A stretch of 64,000 bases of DNA. Source: Eledone cirrhosa. Taxonomy: Eukaryota. The stretch spans positions 143,034,001 through 143,098,000 of the forward strand of contig OZ024743.1 in the NCBI GenBank assembly GCA_964016885.1, given 5' to 3'. The number at the start of each line of letters is the position of its first letter. Within the stretch, counting starts at the first letter, position 1. The notes under the pieces were generated by a model. The model did no database searches, was not told the origin of the DNA, and worked only from the letters and a program-made list of their open reading frames with translations. Made by a program: the position numbers and the translations under genes. Of the stretch, positions 44,201-54,649 are shown one piece after another.

Positions 44201-47200
44201 GGTGCTTGGTGCTTGGTGCTTGGTGTTTGGTGTTTGGTGCTTGGTGCTTGGTGCTTGGTGTTTGGTGCTTGGTGCTTGGTGTTTTGTGTTTCGTGTTTGG
44301 TTTTTGGTGCTTGGTGCATGGTGCTTGGTCCTTGGTGTTAGGTGCTGGGTGCTTTGTGTTTGGTGCTTGGTGCTTGGTGTTTGGTGTTTGCTGCTTGGTG
44401 CTTGATGCTTGGTGTTTGGTGCTTGGTGCTTGGTGCTTGGTGTTTGTACTTGGTGCTTGGTGCTTGGTGTTTGGTTCTTGGTTCTTGGTGTTTGGTGTTT
44501 GGCATTTGGTGTTTGGTGCTTGGTGCTTGGTGTTTGGTGCTTGGTGCTTGGTGTTTGGTGCCTGGTGCTTGGTGCTTGGTGCTTGGTGTTTGGAGTTTGG
44601 TGTTTGGTGCTTGGTGCTTGGTGCTTGGTCCTTGGTGTTTGGTGCTGGGTGCTTTGTGTTTGGTGATTGGTGCTTGGTGTTTGGTGTTTGCTGCTTGGTG
44701 TTTGATGCTTGGTGCTTGGTGTTTTGTGTTTGGTGCTTGGTGCTTGGTGTTTGGTGCTTGGTGCTTGGTTCTTGGTGTTTGGTACTTGGTGCTTGGTGCT
44801 TGGTGCTTGGTGTTAGGTATTTGGTGCTTGGTGCTTCGTGTTTGGTGCTTGGTGTTTGGTGTTTGCTGTTTGGAGTTTGGTGTTTGGTGTTTGGTTTTGC
44901 TGTCTGGTGTCTGCTTTTTGGTGTTTAGTGTTTGCTGTATGGTGTTTGCTGTTTCGTGTTTGGTGTTTGCTGTTTGGTGTTTGGTCTTTGGTGCTTGGTG
45001 TTTGGTGCTTGGTGTTTGGTGTTTGGTGCTTGCTGCTTGGTGTTTGGTGTTTGGTGCTTGGTGCTTGGTGTTTGGTGTTTAGTGTTTGGTGATTGGTGTC
45101 TGATGCTTGGTGTTTGGTGTTTGGTGCTTGGTGTTTGGTGTTTGGTGATTGGTGCTTGGTGTTTGGTGTTTGCTGCTTGGTGTTTGATGCTAGGTGCTTG
45201 GTGTTTTGTGTTTGGTGCTTGGTGCTTGGTGTTTGGTGCTTGGTGCTTGGTGCTTGGTGTTTGTACTTGGTGCTTGGTGCTTGGTGTTTGGTTCTTGGTT
45301 CTTGGTGTTTGGTACTTGGTGCTTGGTGTTTGGTGTTTGCTGTTTGGTGTCTGCTTTTTGGTGTTTAGTGTTTGCTGTATGGTGTTTGGTGTTTGCTGTT
45401 TGGTGTTTGGTCTTTGGTGCTTGGTGTTTGGTGCTCGGTGCTTGGTGTTTGGTATTCGGTGCTTGGTGCTTGGTGTTTGGTGCTTGGTGTTTGGTGTTTG
45501 GTGTTTGGTGCTTGGTGTCTGGTGCTTGGTGTTTGGTGCTTGGTGTTTGGTGTTTGGTGCTTGGTGTTTGGTGTTTGGTGTTTGGTGCTTGGTGCTTGGT
45601 GTTTGGTGTTTGGTGTTTGGTGCTTGGTGTCTGGTGCTTGGTGTTTGGTGTTTGGTGCTTGGTGTTTGGTGTTTGGTGTTTGGTGCTTGGTGCTTGGTGC
45701 TTGGTGTTTGGTGTTTGGTGTTTGGTGCTTGGTGCTTGGTGTTTGGTGCTTGGTGCTGAGTGGTTGGTGTTTGATGCTTGGTGTTTGGTGCTGTGTGCTG
45801 GGTTTTTGGTCCTGGGTGCTTGGTGTTTGGTGCTTGGTGCTTGGTCTTTGGTGCTTGGTGTTTGGTGCTTGGTGCTTGGTGCTTGGTGTTTGGTGCTTGG
45901 TGCTTGGTGTTTGGTGCTTGGTGCTTAGTGTTTGGTGCTAGGTGCTTGGTGTTTGGTGCTTGGTGTTTGGTGCTTGGTGCTTGGTGTTTGGTGTTTGGTG
46001 TTTGGTGCTTGGTGCTTGGTGTTTGCTGTTTGGTGTTTGGTGTTTGCTGTTTGGTGTTTGGTGTTTGCTTTTTGGTGTTTGGTGTTCGCTGTATGTTGTT
46101 TGCTGTTTGGTGTTTGGTGTTTGGTGTTTGGTGTTTGGTGTTTGGTGCTTGGTGTTTGGTGCTTGGTGCTTGGTGTTTGGTGCCTGGTGCTTGGTGCTTG
46201 ATGCTTGGTGTTTGGTGTTTGGTGCTTGGTGCTTGGTGTTTCGTGATTGGTGCTTATTTTTTTGTGTTTCGTGTTTGGTTTTTGGTGCTTGGTGCTTGGT
46301 GCTTGGTCCTTGGTGTTTGGTGCTGGGTGCTTTGTGTTTGGTGCTTGGTGCTTGGTGCTTGGTGTTTGGTGTTTGCTGCTTGGTGTTTGATGCTTGGTGC
46401 TTGGTGCTTGGTGTTTTGTGTTTGGTGCTTGGTGCTTGGTGTTTGGTGCTTTGTGCTTGGTGCTTGGTGTTTGTACTTGGTGCTTGGTGCTTGGTGTTTG
46501 GTTCTTGGTTCTTGGTGTTTGGTGTTTTGCGTTTGGTGTTTGGTGCTTGGTGCTTGGTGTTTGGTGCTTGGTGCTTGGTGTTTGGTGCCTGGTGCTTGGT
46601 GCTTGGTGCTTGGTGTTTGGTGTTTGGTGCTTGGTGCTTGGAGTTTGGTGTTTGGTGCTTGGTGCTTGGTGCTTGGTCCTTGGTGTTTGGTGCTGGGTGC
46701 TTTGTGTTTCTACTTGGTGCTTGGTGCTTGGTGTTTGGTTCTTGGTTCTTGGTGTTTGGTACTTGGTGCTTGGTGCTTGGTGCTTGATGTTTGGTGTTTG
46801 GTGCTTGGTGTTTGGTGCTTGGTGGTTGGTGCTTGGTGCTTGGTGCTTGGTGTTAGGTATTTGGTGCTTGGTGCTTGGTGTTTGGTGCTTGGTGTTTGGT
46901 GTTTGCTGTTTGGTGTTTGGTGTTTGCTGTTTGGTGTTTGCTGTTTGGTGTTTGGTGTTTGCTGTTTGGTGTTTGGTCTTTGGTGCTTGGTGTTTGGTGC
47001 TTGGTGTTTGGTGTTTGGTGCTTGGTGCTTGGTGTTTGGTGTTTGGTGCTTGGTGCTTGGTGTTTGGTGTTTGGTGTTTGGTGCTTGGTGTCTGGTGCTT
47101 GGTGTTTGGTGTTTGGTGCTTGGTGTTTGGTGTTTGGTGCTTGGTGCTTGGTGTTTGGTATTTGGTGCTTGGTGTTTGGTGTTTGGTGCTTGTTGCTTGG

Positions 47201-47300
47201 TGCTTGATGTTTGGTGCTTGGTGCTTGCTGTTTGGTGCTGGGTGCTTGGTGCTTGGTATTTGGTGTTTGGTGCTTGGTGCTTGGTGTTTGGGGTTTGGTG
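32300..47300 (+). repeat. Three related higher-order copies, offsets 6,326 bp and 4,695 bp
   Basis: CTGGGTTTTTGGTCCTGGG at 34777, 41103 and 45798. GATTGGTGTCTGATG at about 34070, 40396 and 45091. ORF pairs 32401/38727 through 36161/42487 give 6326, 39647/44342 through 41237/45932 give 4695, 37832/43800 gives 5968 and 36685/43129 gives 6444. Confidence 0.9.
36910..37850 (+). repeat. 469-bp (67-monomer) tandem duplication
   Basis: Identical ORFs at 37132..37359 and 37601..37828. GTTATATGC at 37340 and 37809. Confidence 0.9.
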
Positions 47301-48279
47301 TTATATGCTTGGTGTTTGATGCTTGGTGCTTCGTGCTTGGTGTTTGGTGTTTGGTGTTTGGTGCTTGGTGCTTGGTGTTTGGTGCTTGGTGCTGAGTGGT
47401 TGGTGTTTGGTGCTTGGTGTTTGGTGTTTGTACTTGGTGCTTGGTGCTTGGTGTTTGGTTCTTGGTTCTTGGTGTTTGGTGTTTGGCATTTGGTGTTTGG
47501 TGCTTGGTGTTTGGTGCTTGGTGCTTGGTGCTTGGTGTTTGGTGCTTGGTGCTTGGTGTTTGGTGCTTGGTGCTTGGTCTTTGGTGCTTGGTGTTTGGTG
47601 CTTGGTGCTTGGTGCTTGGTGTTTGGTGCTTGGTGCTTGGTGTTTGGTGCTTGGTGCTTGGTGTTTGCTGTTTGCTGTTTGGTGTTTGTTGTTTGGTGTT
47701 TGTTGTTTGGTGTTTGCTGTTTGGTGTTTGGTGTTTGCTTTTTGGTGTTTGGTGTTTGCTGTATGTTGTTTGCTGTTTGGTGTTTGGTGTTTGGTGTTTG
47801 GTGCTTGGTGCTTGGTGTTTGGTGCCTGGTGTTTGGTGCTTGGTGCTTGGTGCTTGGTGTTTGGTGTTTGGTGCTTGGTGCTTGGTGTTTTGTGTTTCGT
47901 GTTTGGTTTTTGGTGCTTGGTGCTTGGTGCTTGGTCCTTGGTGTTAGGTGCTGGGTGCTTTGTGTTTGGTGCTTGGTGCTTGGTGTTTGGTGTTTGCTGC
48001 TTGGTGCTTGTTGTTTGGTGTTTGGTGCTTGGTGCTTGGTGCTTGGTGTTTGTACTTGGTGCTTGGTGCTTGGTGCTTGGTTCTTGGTTCTTGGTGTTTG
48101 GTGTTTGGCATTTGGTGTTTGGTGCTTGGTGCTTGGTGTTTGGTGCTTGGTGCTTGGTGTTTGGTGCCTGGTGCTTGGTGCTTGGTGCTTGGTGTTTGGT
48201 GTTTGGGGCTTGGTGCTTGGAGTTTGGTGTTTGGTGCTTGGTGCTTGGTGCTTGGTGTTTGGTGCTGGGTGCTTTGTGT

Positions 48280-49270
48280 TTGGTGATTGGTGCTTGGTGT
48301 TTGGTATTTGCTGCTTGGTGTTTGATGCTTGGTGCTTGGTGTTTTGTGTTTGGTGCTTGGTGCTTGGTGTTTGGTGCTTGGTGCTTGGTGCTTGGTGTTT
48401 GTACTTGGTGCTTGGTGTTTGGTGTTTGGTTCTTGGTTCTTGGTGTTTGGTACTTGGTGCTTGGTGCTTGGTGCTTGGTGTTAGGTATTTGGTGCTTGGT
48501 GCTTCGTGTTTGGTGCTTGGTGTTTGGTGTTTGCTGTTTGGAGTTTGGTGTTTGGTGTTTGGTTTTGCTGTCTGGTGTCTGCTTTTTGGTGTTTAGTGTT
48601 TGCTGTATGGTGTTTGCTGTTTCGTGTTTGGTGTTTGCTGTTTGGTGTTTGGTCTTTGGTGCTTGGTGTTTGGTGCTTGGTGTTTGGTGTTTGGTGCTTG
48701 CTGCTTGGTGTTTGGTGTTTGGTGCTTGGTGCTTGGTGTTTGGTGTTTGGTGTTTGGTGCTTGGTGTCTGGTGCTTGGTGTTTGGTGTTTGGTGCTTGGT
48801 GTTTGGTGTTTGGTGATTGGTGCTTGGTGTTTGGTGTTTGCTGCTTGGTGTTTGATGCTTGGTGCTTGGTGTTTTGTGTTTGGTGCTTGGAGCTTGGTGT
48901 TTGGTGCTTGGTGCTTGGTGCTTGGTGTTTGTACTTGGTGCTTGGTGCTTGGTGTTTGGTTCTTGGTTCTTGGTGTTTGGTACTTGGTGCTTGGTGCTTG
49001 GTGCTTGGTGTTAGGTATTTGGTGCTTGGTGCTTCGTGTTTGGTGCTTGGTGTTTGGTGTTTGCTGTTTGGAGTTTGGTGTTTGGTGTTTGGTTTTGCTG
49101 TCTGGTGTCTGCTTTTTGGTGTTTAGTGTTTGCTGTATGGTGTTTGCTGTTTCGTGTTTGGTGTTTGCTGTTTGGTGTTTGGTCTTTGGTGCTTGGTGTT
49201 TGGTGCTTGGTGTTTGGTGTTTGGTGCTTGCTGCTTGGTGTTTGGTGTTTGGTGCTTGGTGCTTGGTGCT
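48280..49270 (+). repeat. 530-bp tandem duplication
   Basis: ORF pairs 48506/49036 and 48600/49130. GGTTTTGCTGTCTGGTGTCTGC at 48561 and 49091. Confidence 0.9.
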
Positions 49271-52200
49271 TGGTGTTTTGTTCTTGGTGTTTGGTACTTG
49301 GTGCTTGGTGCTTGGTGTTTGGTGTTTGGTGCTTGGTGTTTGGTGCTTGGTGCTTGGTGCTTGGTGCTTGGTGTTAGGTGTTTGGTGCTTGGTGCTTGGT
49401 GTTTGGTGCTTCATGCTTGGTGCTTGGTGTTTGGTGCTTGGTTTTTGGAGCTTAGTTTCTGGTGCTTGTTGTTTGGTGCTTGGTGCTTGGTGTTTGGTAT
49501 TTGGTGCTTGGTGTTTGGTGCTTGTTGCTTGGTGTTAGGTGTTTGGTGCTTGGTGTTTGAGCCTTGGTGCTTGGTGTTTGGTGTTTGGTGCTTGGTGCTT
49601 GGTGTTTGGTGTTCGGTGCTTGCTGCTTGCTGCTTGGTGTTTGGTGTTTTGGTGTTTTGTGCTAGCTGCTTGGTGCTTGGTACTTGGTGATTGGTGCTTG
49701 TTGCTTCGTGTTTTGTGTTTGGTGTTTGGTCTTTGGTGCTTGGTGTTTGGTTCTTGGTGCTTGTTGCTTGGTGCTTGGTGTTTGGTGTTTGGTGCTTGGT
49801 GCTTGGTGTTTGGTGTTTGTTGTTTGGTGCTTGGTGTCTGGTGCTTGGTGTTTGGTGCTTGGTGTTTGGTGTTCGGTGTTTGGTGCTTGGTGCTTGGTGT
49901 TTGGTGTTTGGTGCTTGGTGTTTGGTGTTTGGTGCTTTTTGCTTGGTGCTTGGTGCTTGGTGTTTGGTGCTTGGTGCTTGGTGTTTGGTGCTGGGTGCTT
50001 GGTGCTTGGTGTTTGGTGCTTGGTGCTTGGTGATTGGTGTTTGGTGTTATATGCTTGGTGTTTGATGCTTGGTGTTTGGTCTTTGGTGTTTGATGCTTGG
50101 TGCTTGGTGCTTGGTGCTTGGTGTTTGGTGCTTGGTGTTTGGTGGTTGGTGTTTGGTGCTTGGTGTTGGGTGTTTGGTGCTTGGTGCTTGGTGTTTGGTG
50201 TTTGGTGCTTGGTGTTAGGTGTTTGGTGCTTGGTGCTTGGTGCTTGGTCTTTGGGGCTTGGTGTTTGGTGTTTGGTGCTTGGTGCTTGGTGCTTGGTGTT
50301 TGGTGCTTGGTGCTTGGTGTTTAGTGCTTGGTGCTTAGTGTTTGGTGCTAGGTGCTTGGGGTTTGGTGTTTGGTGCTTGGTGTTTGGTGCTTTGTGCTTG
50401 GTGCTTGGTGTTTGGTGTTTGGTGCTTGGTGCTTGGTGTTTGGTGTTTACTGTTTGGTGTTTGTTGTTTGGTGTTTGCTGTTTGGTGTTTGCTGTTTGCT
50501 GTTTCGTGTCTGCTTTTTGGTGTTTGGTGTTTGCTGTATGTTGTTTGGTGTTTGGTGTTTGGTGTTTGGTGTTTGGTGCTTGGTGCTTGGTGTTTGGTGC
50601 TTGGTGCTTGGTGTTTGGTGCCTGGTGCTTGGTGCTTGGTGTTTGGTGTTTGGTGCTTGGTGCTTGGTGCTTGGTGTTTTGTGTTTGGTGTTTGGTTTTT
50701 GGTGCTTAGTGCTTGGTGCTTGGTCCTTGGTGTTTGGTGCTGGGTGCTTTGTGTTTGGTGCTTGGTGCTTGGTGCTTGGTGTTTTGTGTTTGGTGCTTGG
50801 TGCTTGGTGTTTGGTGCTTGCTGCTTGGTGTTTGTACTTGGAGCTTGGTGCTTGGTGTTTGGTTCTTGGTTCTTGGTGTTTGGTACTTGGTGCTTGGTGC
50901 TTGGTGCTTGGTGTTTCGTGTTTCGTGCTTGGTGTTTGGTGCTTGGTTCTTGGTGCTTGGTGTTAGGTGTTTGGTGCTTGGTGCTTGGTGTTTGGTGCTT
51001 GGTGTTTGGTGTTTGCTGTTTGGTGTTTGGTGTTTGGTGTTTGGTGTTTGCTGTTTGGTGTCTGCTTTTTGGTGTTTAGTGTTTGCTGTATGGTGTTTGC
51101 TGTTTCGTGTTTGGTGTTTGTTGTTTGGTGTTTGGTCTTTGGTGCTTGGTGTTTGGTGCTTGGTGCTTGGTGCTTGGTGCTTGGCGTTTGGTGTTTGGTG
51201 CTTGGTGCTTGGTGTTTGGTGTTTGGTGTTTGGTGCTTGGTGTCTGGTGCTTGGTGTTTGGGTTTTGGTGCTTGGTGTTTGGTGTTCGGTGTTTGGTGCT
51301 TGGTGCTTGGTGTTTGGTGTTCGGTGTTTGGTGCTTGGTGTTTGGTGTTTGGTGCTTGGTGTTTGGTGTTTGGTGCTTTTTGCTTGGTGCTTGGTGCTTG
51401 GTGTTTGGTGCTTGGTGCTTGGTGTTTGGTGCTGGGTGCTTGGTGCTTGGTGTTTGGTGCTTGGTGCTTGGTGTTTGGTGTTATATGCTTGGTGTTTGAT
51501 GCTTGGTGCTTGGTGCTTGGTGTTTGGTGTTTGGTGTTTGATGCTTGGTGCTTGGTGCTTGGTGTTTGGTGCTTGGTGCTTGGTGTTTGTACTTGGTGCT
51601 TGGTGCTTGGTGCTTGGTGGTTGGTGTTTGGTGTTAGGTGTTTGGTGCTTGGTGCTTGGTGTTTGGTGTTTGGTGCTTGGTGTTTGGTGTTTGGTGCTTG
51701 GTGTTTGGTGCTTGGTACTTGGTGCTTGGTGCTTGGTGTTAGGTGTTTGGTGCTTGGTGCTTGGTGCTTGGTGTTTGGTGCTTGGTGTTTGGTGTTTGGT
51801 GCTTGGTGCTTGGTGCTTGGTGCTTGGTGCTTGGTGTTTGGTGCTTGGTGTTAGGTGCTTGGTGCTTGGTGTTTGGTGTTTGGTGCTTGGTGTTTGGTGT
51901 TTGGTGTTATATGCTTGGTATTTGATGCTTGGTGCTTGGTGTTTGGTGTTTGGTGCTTGCTGTTTGATGCTTGGTGCTTGGTGTTTGGTGTTAGGTGCTT
52001 GGTGCTTGGTGTTTGGTGCTTGGTGATTGAAGCTTGGTGTTTGGTGCTTGGTGCTTGGTGCTTGGTGTTTGGTACTTGGTGTTTGGTGTTTGTACTTGGT
52101 GCTTGGTGCTTGGTTCTTGGTGTTTGGTGCTTGGTGCTTGGTGTTTGGTGCTTGGTGCTTGGTGTTTGGTGCTTGGTGTTTGGTGCTTGGTGTTTGGTGC

Positions 52201-54649
52201 TTGGTGCTTGGTGCTTGGTGCTTGGTGTTTGGTGCTTGGTGCTTGGTGTTTGGTGTTTGGTGCTTGGTGTTTGGTGCTTGGTGTTTGGTGTTAGGTGTTT
52301 GGTGCTTGGTGTTTGGTGCTTGGTACTTGGTGCTTGGTGCTTGGTGTTAGGTGTTTGGTGCTTGGTGCTTGGTGTTTGGTTTTTGGTGCTTGGTGTTTGG
52401 TGTTTGCTGCTTGCTGCTGGCTGCTTGGTGTTTGATGCTTGGTGATTGGTGCTTGGTGTTTGGTGCTTGGTGTTTGGTGTTTGGTGCTAGGTGCTTGGTG
52501 TTTAGAGCTAGGTGCTTGGTGCTTGGTGTTTGGTGTTTGGTGTTTGGTGCTTGGTGGTTGGTGTTTGGTGCTTGGTGCTGGGTGGTTGGTGCTTGGTGCT
52601 TGGTCTTTGGTGCTTGGTGTTTGGTGTTTGGTGCTTGGTGCTTGGTGCTTGGTGTTTGGTGCTTGGTGCTTGGTGTTTGGTGCTTGGTGTTTAGTGTTTG
52701 GTGCTTGGTGCTTAGTGTTTGGTGCTAGGTGCTTGGTGTTTGGTGCTTGGTGCTTGGTGTTTGGTGCCTGGTGCTTGGTGTTTGGTGTTTGGTGTTTGGT
52801 GCTTGGTGCTTGGTGTTTGGTGTTTGCTGTTTGCTGTTTGGTGTTTGTTGTTTGGTGTTTGTTGTTTGGTGTTTGCTGTTTGGTGTTTGGTGTTTGCTTT
52901 TTGGTGTTTAGTGTTTGCTGTATGTTGTTTGGTGTTTGGTGTTTCGTGTTTGGTGTTTGGTGTTTGGTGCTTGTTGCTTGGTGTTTGGTGCTTGGTGTTT
53001 GGTGTTTGGTGTTTGGTGCTTGGTGCTTGGTGCTTGGAGTTTGGTGTTTGGTGCTTGGTGCTTGGTGTTTTGTGTTTCGTGTTTGGTTTTTGGTGCTTGG
53101 TGCTTGGTCCTTGGTGTTTGGTGCTGGGTGCTTTGTGTTTGGTGCTTGGTGCTTGGTGTTTGGTGCTTGGTGTTTGGTGTTAGGTGCTTGATGCTTGGTG
53201 TTTGGTGTTTGGTGCTTGGTGTTTGGTGCTTGGTGCTTGGTATTTGGGGTTTGGTGCTTGGTGTTTGGTGCTTGGTACTTGGTGCTTGGTGCTTGGTGTT
53301 AAGTGTTTGGTGCTTGGTGCTTGGTGTTTGGTTTTTGGTGCTTGGTGTTTGGTGTTTGGTGCTTGCTGCTGGCTGCTTGGTGTTTGGTGCTTGGTACTTG
53401 GTGCTTGGTGCTTGGTGTTAAGTGTTTGGTGCTTGGTGCTTGGTGTTTGGTGCTTGGTGTTTGGTGTTTGGTGCTAGGTGCTTGGTGTTTGGTGCTTGGT
53501 GCTTGGTGCTTGGTGTTTGGTGTTTGGTGTTTGGTGCTTGGTGCTTGGTGTTTGGTGCTTGGTGCTGGGTGGTTGGTGTTTAGTGCTTGGTGTTTGGTGC
53601 TGGGTGCTTGGTGTTTGGTGCTTGGTGCTTGGTCTTTGGTGCTTGGTGTTTGGTGTTTGGTGCTTGGTGCTTGGTGCTTGGTGTTTGGTGCTTGGTGCTT
53701 GGTGTTTGGTGCTTGGTGTTTAGTGTTTGGTGCTTGGTGCTTAGTGTTTGGTGCTAGGTGGTTGGTGTTTGGTGCTTGGTGTTTGGTGCCTTGTGCTTGG
53801 TGTTTGGTGTTTGGTGTTTGGTGCTTGGTGCTTGGTGTTTGGTGTTTGCTGTTTGGTGTTTGGTGTTTGCTTTTTGGTGTTTAGTGTTTGCTGTATGTTG
53901 TTTGGTGTTTGGTGTTTGGTGTTTGGTGTTTGGTGCTTGTTGCCTGGTGCTTGGTGCTTGGTGCTTGGTGTTTGGTGTTTGGTGCTTGGTGCTTGGTGCT
54001 TGGAGTTTGGTGTTTGGTGCTTGGTGTTTTGTGTTTCGTGTTTGGTTTTTGGTGCTTGGTGCTTGGTGCTTGGTCCTTGGTGTTTGGTGCTGGGTGCTTT
54101 GTGTTTGGTGCTTGGTGCTTGGTGCATGGTGTTTGGTGTTTGCTGCCTAGTGTTTGATGCTTGGTGCTTGGTGTTTTGTGTTTGGTGCTTGGTGCTTGGT
54201 GTTTGGTGCTTGGTGCTTGGTGCTTGGTGTTTGTACTTGGTGCTTGGTCCTTGGTGTTTGGTTCTTGGTTCTTGGTGTTTGGTGTTTGGCGTTTGGTGTT
54301 TGGTGCTTGGTGCTTGGTGTTTGGTGTTGGTGCTTGGTGTTTGGTGCCTGGTGCTTGGTGCTTGGTGTTTGGTGTTGGTGCTTGGTGCTTGGTGCTTGGA
54401 GTTTGGTGTTTGGTGCTTGGTGCTTGGTGTTTTGTGTTTGGTGTTTGGTTTTTGGTGCTTGGTGCTTGGTCCTTGGTGTTTGGTGCTGGGTGCTTTGTGT
54501 TTGGTGCTTGGTGCTTGGTGTTTGGTGTTTGCTGCTTGGTGTTTGATTCTTGGTGCTTGGTGCTTGGTGTTTTGTGTTTGGTGCTTGGTTCTTGGTGTTT
54601 GGTGCTTGGTGCTTGGTGCTTGGTGTTTGTACTTGGTGCTTGGTGCTTG

